A stretch of DNA of 64,000 nt, taken from the NCBI RefSeq assembly GCF_009914755.1, contig NC_060929.1; one strand, given 5' to 3'. Position 1 is the stretch's first letter. Each line of letters begins with the position of its first letter. This document shows, piece by piece, positions 15,934-29,632 of this stretch. The stretch is from the human T2T-CHM13v2.0 reference genome, Homo sapiens. The translations under genes and the position numbers were made by a program. The notes below the pieces were generated by a model, which did not search any database, had not been told where the DNA came from, and worked only from the letters and a program-made list of their open reading frames with translations.

Positions 15934-16439
15934 TTTTTCTTTCTTTTTTTTATGCTTTAAGTTTTAGGGTACTTGTGCACAATGTGCAGGTTAGTTACAT
16001 ATGTATACATGTGCCATGTTGGTGTGCTGCACCCATTAACTCGTCATTTAGCATTAGGTATATCTCCTAATGCTATCCCTCCCCCCTCCCCCCACCCCAC
16101 AACAGGCCCCAGAGTGTGATGTTCCCCTTCCTGTGTCCATATGTTCTCATTATTCAATTCCCACCTATGAGTAAGAACATGCGGTGTTTGGTTTTTTGTC
16201 CTTGCGACAGTTTGCTGAGAATGATGGTTTCCAGCTTCATCCATGTCCCTACAAAGGACATGAACTCATTATTTTTTATGGCTGCATAGTATTCCATGGT
16301 GTATATGTGCCACATTTTCTTAACCCAGTCTATCATTGTTGGACATTTGGGTTGGTTCCAAGTCTTTGCTATTGTGAATAGTGCCGCAATAAACATACAT
16401 GTGCATGTGTCTTTATAGCAGCATGATTTATAATCCTTT
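15934..16439 (-). mobile_element. 5'-truncated L1PA (L1PA4-like) 3' end
   Basis: ORF track 16154-16462(-) gives the ORF2 C-terminus ...[12 protein letters not shown]...LIGGN; L1 3'UTR and T-tail; short TSD TTTGTTTC. Confidence 0.95.
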
Positions 16440-16544
16440 TGTTTCTTGTGCAGGAAAGACACTACATTTATCTTTCTCCTTGTTTCAATACTATGAGCAT
16501 ATACATGTTAAAAGAGCTTTCTGTGTTTCTCATCACAATGTCCT

Positions 16545-17070
16545 TTCCTCAAAGCATGAGACTAAACCTGGTTTCCTGGAAATCTTGTGGGGTGCAGATT
16601 CTTGGATTGCACTCCAGGATGACTGAATCAGAGTTTTTAGGGGTTGGGCCTGGAAATTAGCAACATTGTGGTGGCTCATGCCTGTAATCCCATCACTTTG
16701 GGAGGCTGAGGCAGGTGGATTACCTGAGGTCGGGAGTTTAAGACCAGCCTGGCCAACATGGTGAAACCCCGTCCTTACTAATAATACAAAAATGAGCCAG
16801 GCATGGTGGCCCACACCTGTAATCCCAGCTACTCAAGAAGCTGAGGCAGGAGAATCGCTTGAACCCAGGAGGCAGAGGTTGTAGTGATCATGCCATTGCA
16901 CTCCAGCCTGGGTGGCAGAGAGAGACTCCATCTCAAAAAAAACAAAAAAAAAAAAAAAAAAAAAAAAGAAGAAGAGGAAGAAGAAGAAGAAGAAAGAAAT
17001 TAGCAACACTTACAAGCATTTCAGGTGGTATTATATTTTCCTGAGTACATTCAACTGGGAGAACTACTAA
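16545..17070. mobile_element. MER5A-like MITE split by an Alu
   Basis: GCAGATTCTTGG...ACTGAATCAGAG...GGGCCTGGAAAT on the left; ACAAGCATTTCAGGTG...GAGAACTACT on the right. Confidence 0.55.
16666..16995 (+). mobile_element. AluSx/Sq-like SINE with A/(GAA)n tail
   Basis: Alu slightly 5'-truncated; perfect 13-bp TSD GAAATTAGCAACA. Confidence 0.95.
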
Positions 17071-17233
17071 ATGTAAACTTTCTCACAGTGAACTGCCACC
17101 TTTGTTACAGCCTCCAGGAGTCTAGGAGCAATGTCTGTTTCTATGTTTTATACTGATGAAGTGTTTTCTTATCAGAAGATTGGCCTTTCCTTGCTGTTTA
17201 TTATTTTTGTTAAGATTTTAATTTATCAAGCTC

Positions 17234-17818
17234 CATGAAGATTAATTTTATATGTCAACTTGACTGGTCAGGGATGCCCAGATTAAGCACATCTGGGTGT
17301 GTCCACGAAGGTGTTTCCTGATAAGATTAGCATTTGAATTGGTGAACCCAGTGAAGTAGACTGCCTTTCTCTGTGTGGCTGCGCATCAGCCAATCCGCTG
17401 AAGGCCTAAATAGAACAAGAATTGGAGGAAGGAGGAATTTTCTCCTTTTTTCTCCTCCCAGCCTCACTGCTTGTGGGATGTTTTATCTCACCCTCACCAG
17501 GCCTCAGACTGGTATTTACATCATTGGCTTTCCTGGTTCTCAGTCCTTCAGCCTTGGGTGAATTACAGCACCCTCGGCTTTCCTGGTTCTCCAGCTTGCA
17601 GATCGAGATCATGGGAATTCTCAGCCTCCTTAATCACATGAGCCAATTCCTCATACTCAATCTCTCCCTCTCTCACTCTTGCTGTTTTATATATGTGTGT
17701 GCATATGTATATATGTATATATATAGATGACACAGATATAGATGATATGGATATTGATATAGATATATAGATATATCTTCCTAATGGTTCTGCTTCTCTG
17801 GAGAACCGTGACTAAACA
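17234..17818 (+). mobile_element. MLT2 (ERVL) solo LTR
   Basis: Start TTAATTTTATATGTCAACTTGACTGG; end GGTTCTGCTTCTCTGGAGAACCGTGACTAAACA; TSD AGCTC/AGCCC. Confidence 0.9.
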
Positions 17819-19521
17819 AGCCCTAAATTATGTGCCACACAAGCAGTTTTCACAGAGAAAGATAGACTGGCACTGTGTGTTAGGTAGATAGACCAATATT
17901 GACTGGTGATGAATGTTAAGATGGAAAAAATAAAATTAGAAAACCTGGAAAATCATAGATAGTAACGTATTAGTGGTTGGTCCCATGGAGCAAGGGCCAG
18001 AAACAAAAAATAAAGTCAGTTGAGTTTGGATGGAGGAAATTGGTAGAGCCTGGGAGCAAATGTTACTATTAGACCAGGGCAAAGGAAATGAAAGCAAGCT
18101 GGAGAAAATCTCTTTGAATTGTGTAACTTGTTGCACATTCTGCAAAGCTATGTGCAAAATTAATTATACTAGTAAAAATAAAAGTTCAGAAACACACAGC
18201 TAAAGGCAAAAAAAATAGCCTTCTAAAAAATCAAAATAAAAATAAGTACACTCTGTGGATTAAGTAAAACAGCATGACTGCCATGGCTTTTATGACTGTT
18301 AGAATTTTGAAATTATTGTGTGTAAATGTTTTAAATCATGTAAATATGCTTTGTGGTCTGGGGTTAAAAATAAAATTAGTAGTAAACTTTAAAATGAAGT
18401 GAAACACATGCTAAACAGAAAACAGTGGCTACAAAAAAGACATAAACATAACCATGGAAACTATGACAAAGGAATGTGGAAACATTTGAAAAAAAATTAT
18501 CAGCAAGTAAAAATAAAGAACTTCCTTTTTGTATATCTGAGACTGAAATACATTTTTGTTGTCTTAGAATGTTAACTCAAATGGCCTTTTATATTTTTAA
18601 AAGTTAAATTAAAATAAAAAAGGAAATAGAACATAGGCAGTGTGATTCCAAAGCCAATGTATGATACAAATAATCTCCCCAAAAGAAAATTGTCACAACT
18701 TAACAGCCTCTGCTTAAAAAGTCTCAGAAGCTTGTGAGGCTAATAGGCAAGAACAAAACCTTAGTAATTAAATTGGTTAAACTTTTCTCAACTCAAAAAG
18801 GCTGAAGGTCTTTTCAACTCTAAAAGGTAAATTCAGTGTCCAGGGACCCTCAGCTGCTCCTAACTATTAAAACAAATAATGAATTATTAATGAAAGCTAA
18901 CTACACATTTGTTAAAAACAGTTAATGAATTATCAATGAGAGCTAAATATCTTCCAGAAAGGGAGGAAAGACTAACTCATGAGAGCTAGTCTGCTGAACG
19001 AATGAAAAGTGGTCATTTAGAGAAGTGTTTGCTCAAGTGATTTTGAAATAGTCCCAAGTCCAAATGCAACTTTGAAGAGTCTGTTCTATGGATCTGGACA
19101 AAATAGAAAAGCAGAATGAAAAGAAAGCAAGTTCAGGCAATAGATGTTACAAATTAGAAATGTATCGTTAGGACTGGAAAACAAATCCACTTTTGCAGAT
19201 ACATTTATAACATAGGACAAAGTTTATCACAAGTTTACATGCTTCCTTCCCCCATATATACTAAGGAGAAATTCTTAGTATTTAATATATATTGAAGGTG
19301 TTCAAAATCAGTATCAGAAATGCTCAGAAAATGCTGGAAAGATAATAAGAAACTCATAACAGAGGCTTCCCTGGAGAGAAGAACTACAGTATGTGGCTGC
19401 AGACAGGAAACAAGACCAAGGCCTATTCTCTCTGAAATGCATCTGCCTGGCCACATGAGCTGAGGCCTCACTGACCTCTACCTTTTCTTAATTTTGAGAG
19501 CAGTGTTAGTCTGAAGAACAC

Positions 19522-20035
19522 TGCATTTGTTATACATTGCAGCATAACAAATTGCCACAAACCTAGAGCTTGAAACAGTGAACACTTGTTACCTCATACA
19601 GTTTCTGAGGGCTGGTAACTCCTGCTCAGAGTACAACAGAGGTTGCCATGAAGATGCTGGCTGGGGCTAAGGCCTTCTGAAGGTTACCTGTTCTGCAGGA
19701 TCCTTTTCCAAGTTCACTCATGTGGCTATTGGCTGTAGTTCTCACTTCCTTGCCTGCTGTTGGCCAGAGGTTTTAGTTTTTCACCCGTGAGCTTCTCTAT
19801 AGGGCGGCTGACAACCCTGTATCTGACTTACATTCTAAGGGGAAAAAGAGAATGAGGGACCCAGATGGAGGCCACATATTCTTCTGTAATCTAATTTCAG
19901 AAGTGATGCACCATCACCCCGTCATGTCCTATCAGTCGCGTAGACCAACGCTGGTACAATGTGAAGGGCATAACACAGGATATGAATACCAGGAGGTGGG
20001 ATTATTGGGGACCATGTTGGAAGGTGCCTCCCACA
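19522..20035 (-). mobile_element. MLT1 (MLT1F/G-like) MaLR LTR
   Basis: GCATAACAAATTGCCACAAA...TTCACTCATGTGGC...TGAATACCAGGAGGTGGGGATTATTGGGGACCAT. Confidence 0.75.
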
Positions 20036-20815
20036 AATGCCATCTGACACTTAGAACTCTTTACTAATCTCCCCCGTTTGGGTTCTGAAAAACGCTTTTT
20101 AAATTCTGTAACAACAGCAAAGGTCAAAAATTCTGTTAAAACAAAGTAAGTTATTTTGGATTCTAAATTTACAATAAACAAAGGGTGGATGACTATATAC
20201 CTCATAACTTAATAAAACCAAACCAAGAAGACACTGAAGGAATTAAATGGCTTCACATTTTTAAAGCACTTTTACCTTTTTCAAGACACTTTAAAATTGT
20301 CATTTTATCCACTCAACAATCGAAGAAATTGACACTTAGTGCTAATTGTTTCATCCTTCCTGGTTCCCATGACCCAGACACCTTACAAACTACCATTTTT
20401 GTTTAGACCATTGCCCTTGTCTATTTATATGACTCAAGAAATAATCTTCTTATTCCTCTTATCCACATAAACTCAAAACCTCTTCTATTTGATTCTTATT
20501 CATGTTTCTCCTCTGAATAATTTTAAATCCTTGTTTTTGTTTATTTTTCTTTACCTTCTCAGATGATTTTGAACTTGAAATAAATTGAGGCCAACACTTT
20601 GTGTTGTTGATGAACAAAGAAAAGATCCTCCAGAGAAATTAAGTAAATTGCCTGAAATCACAAATAGTAGAGTCCAAAATGTTGCAACTATCATGTGGCT
20701 TCCTATTGATAAAATAATGATCTAATCTGAGTCTATATTTATCCAACAGAACTTTATTCTCTTAGAGCCACCAAGCTGTCTGTTAAAAGAATATGATAAA
20801 AATTAAGACAAATTA

Positions 20816-21569
20816 TGAAACCACCTTTGCAAAAATTAAAATAGTGAGAAAATAATAGCAGTGAAAGAGATTTGATTTAACCAACCCCTGATCTTTCCTT
20901 TAGCCTTCAAACTGGCCTTAATTATTCCTGGGCTTGGGCCAAGATAACTCTGGGAGACATTTAGTTTATATTTTAAATGATAATAGCCCTTCTCCAAAAC
21001 TCAACAGCCTTTGTAAAGTTAATGACAGACTACCAGGCTAGGAGGATGAGAGAAGCCTGAATTTTGCTAAGGTGTAGACGTAAACTATTGCCAGCCATTA
21101 TTTGGGAGGTCACAAGCTACACAACTTCCCTGATTACTCCTGCAGATAACATCACAATTGCAGAACCTAAGATTGGTCTTTTGAGATGTCTTTTCAGGTT
21201 TTTTTGCATGTCTTACTACCAATGGCTCCACCTGGACCTGCCAACCATGGCTCCATTTGGACCCGTCTACTGCTCCTGTGGCCCCACCAGAGGTGACTCA
21301 GTGCACATAAGGACCATTTCCACAGCCCTATGATTGTACCCCCAACCAATCAGCAGTAAGCACCCATTGCCAAGCCACCCCCCACTTCCCCCAAACTATC
21401 CTTGAAAATCCCTATCCTCTGAATTTTCAGGGAAGCTGATTTGAGTAATAATAGAACTCCAGTCTCTTGTTTAGCTATATATGTGTAAAATATTTTATTG
21501 CATTTCCCCTGCCTTGATAATTTGGGTCTATCTGGGCAGCAGGCAAGAAGAATCCACTGAGCAGTTGCA
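20816..21569 (+). mobile_element. LTR8-family (LTR8A/B-like) ERV1 solo LTR
   Basis: TGAAACCACCTTTGCAAAAATT start, GCAGTTGCA end, 4-bp TSD ATTA/TTTA. Confidence 0.88.
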
Positions 21570-21599
21570 TTTACCCTATCAAAAAATAATACCACTATC

Positions 21600-21800
21600 T
21601 AATATTGATTGAATGACCATCCTTTACCAGGTAGTTTATTACATGCACTAGCTAATTTAACTTTCACAAGAATGTTATCAGACGAGCAATTTTTATTATC
21701 TCATTTTTCAGATGAAGAAACTGAGGCGCAGAAGAATTGTCTCTTGTCCAAACTCATGCAGCTGCTAGGAGGTATCTGTAGGACCTGAGCCTTCCACCCA
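21600..21800 (-). mobile_element. MIR SINE
   Basis: ATTATCTCATTTTTCAGATGAAGAAACTGAGGCGCAGA core. Confidence 0.8.
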
Positions 21801-22759
21801 TGTGTCTTCCACCAATATCCACATTAAAAGGATGAAGCATGAGCTAGCTTTTGCTTCCTACCAAAAGGATTAAATAAACCCAAAGTGGACCATTTGGAGG
21901 CATACATGTTGTCTCCAGTGTGGAATGAGAGGTAAAGGAAATGTTTATAGTATAACACAGATAATTACTTTGTTTGGGTGATGGAGATTGTGGAGGAAAA
22001 ACAATTCATGGATGAGAGGCAACATATTTTCTTTCACAAAAAAACAAGTGAGAGAGTCAGGATGGAGAGAAGATAGCAGCTGTGTCTCAGATGAGAGTGG
22101 CGTTTCTATAAAAGGGTTATTAATGAAGTCACTTAGGCTGGGTTCTGGCTGAAGGAGTGAGCATTCCCCCTACCTCCACCCTAAACACCATGTTGGGATT
22201 TTTTGTTTGTTTGTTTTTTTAATGCCCCTGAGTTTTATAAGGTGTGTGCACACACAATAAGAAAGGGATATTTTTTAGGGAGAATTGATTTATATGTACA
22301 ATTTGCAATGGTAATGATACACCATCACTTCTGCAGTATAAATGTAAATGTGCCTGCATGTATTCTAGACTACATAAATTACCCTTTCCTATTATCTTAA
22401 TGCTGACTCAAATGTAAACTCATGAGGGGAGCTGGAATGTGAGCTCATGACTTATCCATATATTTGACTAACCACTGTACTTGCAACTCCTCGAGAACGG
22501 TTGAGCACATATATGTGTTCAATAATGTTTTAAGTAATGACTTTATAATTGGATTCTAAGAAGGGATTGGCTGTGATTCTGCTTGACTTGAACAGCAGAT
22601 AATTCTGACAGTGTTTAGAAATGATGGCTGGGCTGGCACAACTAAGCTGGTGATCAGGGCAACCTCATTGGAAAAGTACATCTCGTAATAGTAATTTAGT
22701 CTGATTTATGTGCTTTCCGCTTTTCAGAAGACATTACTAGCTTTTTGTCTCAGTTGATT

Positions 22760-22900
22760 TGGCAACAACTCTATAAGAACAGTATTATCTTACTTACTGG
22801 GTGGATAAATAAACTAAGGCATAGTAGGCTTGAGGGATTAGCCTAAACTCATAGAACTGGTAAATTGCATAACTTGGATAAAAAACAGGGCTTCTAACCC
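22760..22900 (-). mobile_element. MIR SINE, degraded
   Basis: ACAACTCTATAAG...ATAAATAAACTAAGGCATAG...CCTAAACTCATAGAACTGGTAAAT. Confidence 0.5.
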
Positions 22901-23759
22901 CTGCCCTTCCCACAACCCACTATAGTGATGTAATTTAATGAAATAATAGAATACCAACACCAGAAAAAGCACAAACAAGGAATTCGTGGATCTTTATAGT
23001 CATGTTGTTGGATTAGAACCAAAAGAATAAAGCACTAGGACACATTTGCTCTTCAGAAGCACAGTGAAATAAGCACAGTGAAAAAAAGAGGGTAAAGAAA
23101 AAGCCACCAAGATTAAACTAAAGAACACATTTGGTAATTCAAACCCTGGCATGAATGGTGGGGGGACTGAAAAAAACAAACCTTGCAAAATATGATGAGA
23201 ACTCTCAGGAGGTAACTCATAAACACATAAAATGAATCTGCAAGTGAAGAATTTATGAGTAGCTATGCCAGTGTCTCAGCATTAGATCTTTCTGTAAATA
23301 ATAAAAACATCTTGTGTGTGAAACTATCAGCCAAATTGTGTGTGGAGTAAGGGAAAAGGAAGAGACAAAACAAATAGACTCTTCAGGGGAGATAAAACGG
23401 GAGAAGATTGAAGTAACAGCTTTTAAAAGCATGTACCCTAGATAATCCTTCTGTTTTCCCCAAATGAAGCCCCTTCACCCTCTGACTTTGAAGGAATTCT
23501 TATCAGTAAGCACTTTGGGAAATGAATTCTTCTGACTGCAACTTCCTAAGAGAGGTGAAGCCACATGGTTGACAAAAATACTGTCTGACTTCCACTGAGA
23601 CCAACAGGAAGGTGCTGGAAGCACATATTGCATTTTTCTTTAGCTCTCCAACCTGGATGAGAAATAATTATTTTCAATTTACATTTATGAAGGAACCTTT
23701 CAGGGAAAATCAACCATAGCATTGCAACATATTATTCTATTTTGTTTGCCATGCTCCAT

Positions 23760-23880
23760 CTACTCTTGCATGTATTCATTAATTCAACAAATATTTATTG
23801 AGTGCCTATTATGTAGGCAATTAGGAATTAATGAACACAACAGACAAACACATGTTCTCATTAAGTGGGTGGAGATAGAC
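23760..23880 (-). mobile_element. L2 3' end
   Basis: ATTCAACAAATATTTATTGAGTGCCTATTATGT. Confidence 0.7.
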
Positions 23881-26800
23881 ATCTATAGAGCAAAATTTGG
23901 TAATAATATAAGCCACTTTTTTTTGCATGTATTTAATCTTTATCAGAATCATCTCTGTCTGACTCATTGTTTTGGTGCTTCTCAAATATTGCCATGCTTC
24001 CTGTCCCTTTCACCACTATCAAACAGCAGGTTCCTTCTTCTTCATTCCCATATGGCCTGATCTTTGAAATCTCGTAGGAAGTTTGTTGCATATGCCACTC
24101 AATTTGCATTCCTAGGGCTAATATTGGTCTGAAATTTAGCCAGTGATGAACTTGAGCCACACCTCTACGCTATAAAGGGACTTCTTTTCTTAAGCGGAAT
24201 CTATACTCATGATTAGGTGATGTGCTCATTGTGTGCAGTTCTATACAGGATCAAGTACTCAGCATCTTTTTTTTTAATGGGGTAAATTCTAAAAAAACAA
24301 GACTAAGACTTGGACATGATGGCATCTAGGAAGTAGAATTCCAGGTGGGAACAGAGGTGGCTCACTGTTTCTCTTGTTACAAGAATTATAAACACTTGAT
24401 TTATTTTCTCTTATTTCAAAAACAAAAAAATATTTTTAAAATTTACAGTAGACTATTTCAGACAAACAAAAGGAATAAAGATTTACATGGTATAATGGAT
24501 ATCTTCCAACAAACTTAAAAAATATTATTAATCCACTTTCCTTATATAATTATACAAAATTTATCTTTTAAAAAATTGATGGTTATGTAGGTCATTTCCA
24601 ACTTTTTTGCTATTACAATGTTATAATAAAGATTATAGTTTATTTTCCTTTCCACAGATGTGAAAAATCTCTAGCTTACATCTGTCTATTAAAAATTACA
24701 ACTTCCTGAACCTTACACACCAGTCTAGCTACTGCTTTTCCTTCTCACTTATAGGCAGCTCCTTTAATAGACTACAATTGTTGTCTACATTTTCTTATCA
24801 TTCATTAGCTTTTCAGTCCTCTCATATTAGGTTTGCACAATCAATACTCCACAAAAAGCTATTTTCAATGACTTACTTGCCAACATGAAAAGACATATTA
24901 TTTGACATTATCATACTTGATCACTTTTAGACTTTTAGGTTTTATATGATTAGCCTCCCTTCATGCCATAAGGGTGTTTTTCCTTGACCCGACCTTATTT
25001 TAATTCTGTTCTATCTAATTTCTCTATATCCATCTCCTTTACTAGCTTGTCTCCCTCCACACAGCTTTTTCATTGGGGATGACAATTAAGAGATTCAAAT
25101 ATATGGCACAGCTGATCTCCATCTCTCTCCCTTTCCCCTACAACTGATCCAGAGGCTAGATGTAGAATGAGAATTCTTCACAATAAAATGATCTGGGCAG
25201 CTATCACCAATTGACATAAGGTGCACCAGATATTGTTCTTCCCCAGAATTTTGTCCTGTGCCAATCTTCACTTCTCACACCCTCATCTACATACTTTTCA
25301 TCATGCTTTCATGCACAGGAAAAGAGATCTTCCCCAAGAAATACATGGAGAAGTTATAAACATTTCTGCTGTCATGATAATGGATGAGATCATTAAGGGA
25401 AGGAAGACTAGAGAGAAGACAATGCTATTGTTTTTGAGAACCCACTACAAATGCAAGACCAGACAAAGAATACACATGTTATCTTTGAAACTTATAGAAA
25501 ATTCACCCATCTGGATATCTGAAAAAAATCGCCATGTGTGCTATATTGAATACCTATGCAACTGCTTCTTAGCAACACCTAAGAAATGCCACCTCCCCTC
25601 CCCTCGTCTTCATCCTAATTGCAATGACCAAAGCTAAGTTCATACATCATGGCCCTCACCTCTCTCATTACAACTGAATGGTTCAGGGATGGGCACTTGA
25701 CCCAAGATGAGCTAATTGGGTAATAAGTTTCTTACTCAAAGTTTGCTGAGTGAAGGAATTTTTGATTGGCTGCCTACCTTTTGTCAGTGAGTAAAGGAAA
25801 AACTGAACTCACTGGTAAGAATCGACATAAGGTGACCTCTATGACTCTCGATTCTATGAATTCTTCTTTCAGCATTGTAAAAAGTATCAGAATATTTGAC
25901 TCACTCAAATTTGTCTGTCAGAATACCTTGATGTTTATATGGGTGGCTTTAATGCGTCTGGACCCATCCAGTCAGCATTCTATTATTAGGTCCATGAGGT
26001 CACTTTTTAGATCCAGGACAATTCCTAGGGATTTATTTTCCTCTCTGAAGTCTCACCTCAGAGACAGCCTGATTTCCTATTGTCCTTAATACTGATATGA
26101 GCCATTCTATCCCTTGGGATTCTTATCCCTACTTTATTCTGGAATATTGGGTATAGACACACTTACCAGAACTCCTCATTTCTTTTCTCCCTTGAAAAAA
26201 AATACAACATATTCAGGCAGAAATAATTCCATGAAACCAACAATTTAAGGGATTACTGCTTGTCATGTTTTGCTCTTTGTATCAGTATCAGAAGCAGGTC
26301 AAATCACCTATAATGATGCCTAGAGGGATTCTTCAGCTCAAAACATTTGAATACAACAAAAATAAAGCTCTAGATTTTCTATCTTTATAGTTAATTTATG
26401 CTGAATAACTATATTCTTCACAGAACCAATGTCATTTGATATTAATTTCTATTTCCTTCTCATATAAGAAAATGGTTTAAAAAACAATTATTAAGAAAAT
26501 TGTCCCTGTAATTTTTGGATTCAGTTTTTCCTCCAAGTTTTATTGATCTTTTGAGTTCCCAATATTCTCTTCCCAGCAGTCTGAACCAGCATGTTGTTCC
26601 TTATTTCAGCCTTTGTAATCACTTACAAAATGTTCTTAAGTTTTTGCTTATGCACTAATTCAAAAGTATATTCTTTTTGTGAAAAGAGTACAGCTTGTGG
26701 TTCCTCCTGAGCCCTTTGGGCAGAACTAGAAGCTGAACTATTTTTAAGGAGAGCATCATTAGACATTCTCTTTGAGCAGAAGGTCAGGACTGTGATGGTC

Positions 26801-27529
26801 AGAATTTAGTTGAAGCCACTGTAGTACAGGCTACAATACAAGCTACACCAGTCCACAGGCCTTTTGCTTTTAACAGGTTTTCATACTAATCACTGTGGAG
26901 AAGTAGAAGAAAGCAAGGTCTCAAAGATTAAGAAGTTACAAAACTAATCCACTTTACAAAACTCTTATAGCTATAGTTAATTATTTTTTATCCCACGCAC
27001 ATTGGTAGCTAGAAATTGCCCTTTAACTTCTGCTGCCTTCTTTTATTCTTGAGGGCAGATCTCACTAAATACTATTCCTTCCCATTGACTCCCATTAAAT
27101 GAAAGTACACATCTAATTAGAGAAGAACTGGCATAAGTCAGCTCACGAGCTGTTGTTTAAATGAGTTATTTGCATTTTTGAGACTCTCCAGAGGGGTGAA
27201 ACCTATTTCAGTGATCCATCTGGGCTCTTGCTGTAGTTTCTTAGAGTATCTGGGTTTTATTTGACAACCTAGAGAATAGTTTAGCACGGTACTTATTACA
27301 AGCTTTCACCTGAGCACTTTTAAACACAGAGGAGAATTAACTACTGTGTGGTAAGTCTATAGAAATAGCCCAAAGGAATACACACTCCCACACACAGGGG
27401 AACATACATTCATTCATCAATTCAAGGAGTTCTTCTTCCATAAAGAGAACTATATTTTTGGATCAAGTCTCTCCATAAATGTTCCCTAATCTGATTTGTG
27501 TCCTAATATAAAAGACAGTGAGATGGAAT

Positions 27530-27780
27530 ACATGAAGAACCTGAGCCTTATGTTAGATGGTCTTAGATTCAATTCATGGCCCAATAATTTGCTACCTATG
27601 TGGCCTTGGACAGGCAGAGTGAATTGCCTAGCCTTGATCTTCTCAATCTGATGATCTCATGGAGATTATAATAATATCTTATTCCATTGGGTTATTATGA
27701 AGATTAAATCAGTGATAAAATATGGGATTATGCCTAAGATACAGTCTGGCATGTTTTAGGAACTCAATAAATATTAGATT
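27530..27780 (+). mobile_element. MIR SINE
   Basis: TGTGGCCTTGGACAG...GGGTTATTATGAAGATTAAAT...ACAGTCTGGCATG...CTCAATAAATATTAG. Confidence 0.75.
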
Positions 27781-29413
27781 CTCCTCCTTGCATTTTTTTT
27801 CTCAGAACTTTAGAAACCAGAGGTAAGAACATCACAAAATAACAGATGACTCTGCTTACTCCAATATGTGCCAAGAAGCAAAAATGCCCAAGTGAACAAT
27901 CTTATTTAGTAAGATACTGAAAGGAGATTCACCGTTCGATTAATGCAGCATGGATTTGTAAATACCCAGTTTACGCTCTTCTTTGGTCACTATCAAGTAA
28001 GAATGACATCACTCTTCACTTTGAACAATTGGGGGATATTTGGTTCACAGCTTTTAGACAAACCAGTATCTTTCCCTGAGGTCATTTTATGAAGAAAAAC
28101 TTTAAAAAATAAAATATTTTTACTTTCAAAAACCATAGAAAGATATACATCTTATATGTGTGTGTATTTCTGTGTTTGTTGAGTGTATATTATATAAGTG
28201 TATATATGTGTGTGTGTGTTTGTGTATACACACACACACACACAGAGTTGACACTTTAGCAATGTAGGGCTTATGGGTGGCAACCCTCGTGTGGTCAAAA
28301 ATTTGTGTATTACTTTTGATTCCCCGAAGACTTAACTACTAATAGCCTGCTGTTACTGGAAGCCCTATCAATAACATTAACAGTTGATTAATATACATTT
28401 TTATTCTGTGTATATTATATACTACAGTCTTACAATAAAGTAAGCTAGGGAAAAGAAAATGTTATAGAAAATCATATGGAAGAGAAAATATATTTACTAT
28501 TTCTTAAGTAGAAGTGGATCATCGTAAAGGTCTTTATCCTCTTCATCTTCACGTTTAGTAGACTGAGGAGGAGGAGGGGTTGATTTTGCTGTCTCTGATG
28601 GAAGAGGTGGAGGAGGTAGAAGGGAAAGCAGGAGAAGCAGGCACAAATTGTGTAAATTTATGGAAATATATTGTATTTTCTCTTACTTTTTGCTTCTTCA
28701 TTTTCCTAAAAATGTTTCTACATGGTATCAATCCTTCTTCAACTGTTTGCTTTAGTTTCAGTGTCTGTGTCCTAGAAGGGTCCTTGTTGTAAAAGAAGTC
28801 AAAAGCCCTCTTGAATAATTGGACCCCTTCTGCTAGATTGTCTAATGTCAGTTTGTTTTCTGGCACTGCATCTTCTACATCTTCCTAATCATCTGGCACT
28901 TGTTCAGAAGCACTCATCTCCATCAACTCATCTTTTGTTAATTCCTCTGGTGTTAAGTGTATTAGCTCCTTAATTTCTCCAATATCCATATCTTGAAACC
29001 CTTTACCCCCTACCTTTTTGGCCATATCCACAATCTCTTTTATGGTTTCCTTGATTGGCTCTGTTATAAATCTGCTAAAGTCATGTACGACATCAAGAAA
29101 CAGTTTTCTTCAGCAGAAATTTATTGTTTTATTTATTGACTTGATGGTTTTCATAGCTTTTTCTATAACAATGATGGCATCGGTGGGGGGGAGCCAAGAT
29201 GGAGGAATAGGAACAGCTCCCGTCTACAGCTCCCAGCGTGAGCGACGCAGAAGACGGGTGATTTCTGCATTTCCATCTGAGGTACCGGGTTCATCTCACT
29301 AGGGAGTGCCAGACAGTGGGTGCAGGACAGTGGGTGCAGCGCACCGCGCGAACCGAAGCAGGGCGAGGCATTGCCTCGCTCTGGAAGTGCAAGGGGTCAG
29401 GGAGTTCCCTTTC

Positions 29414-29632
29414 CTAGTCAAAGAAAGGGGTGACAGACGGCACCTGGAAAATCGGGTCACTCCCACCCCAATACTGCGCTTTCCGATGGGCTGAAAAAAC
29501 AGTGCACCAGGAGATTATATCCTCACCTGGCTGGGAGGGTCCTACGCCCACGGAGTCTCGCTGATTGCTAGCACAGCAGTCTGAGATCAAGCTGCAAGGC
29601 GGCAGCGAGGCTGGGGGAGGGGCGCCCGCCAT
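29414..29632 (-). CDS. L1 ORF0 (antisense), 72 aa, C-terminal half divergent
   Basis: MAGAPPPASLPPCSLISDCCASNQRDSVGVGPS matches the ORF0p N-terminus; frame open to the stop at 29414. Confidence 0.6.
   Translation of the reverse strand: MAGAPPPASLPPCSLISDCCASNQRDSVGVGPSQPGEDIISWCTVFSAHRKAQYWGGSDPIFQVPSVTPFFD

Noticed and set aside
18150-19240. A-rich stretch possibly from an ancient L1 or DNA transposon
   Set aside because: Could not assign a family from sequence motifs
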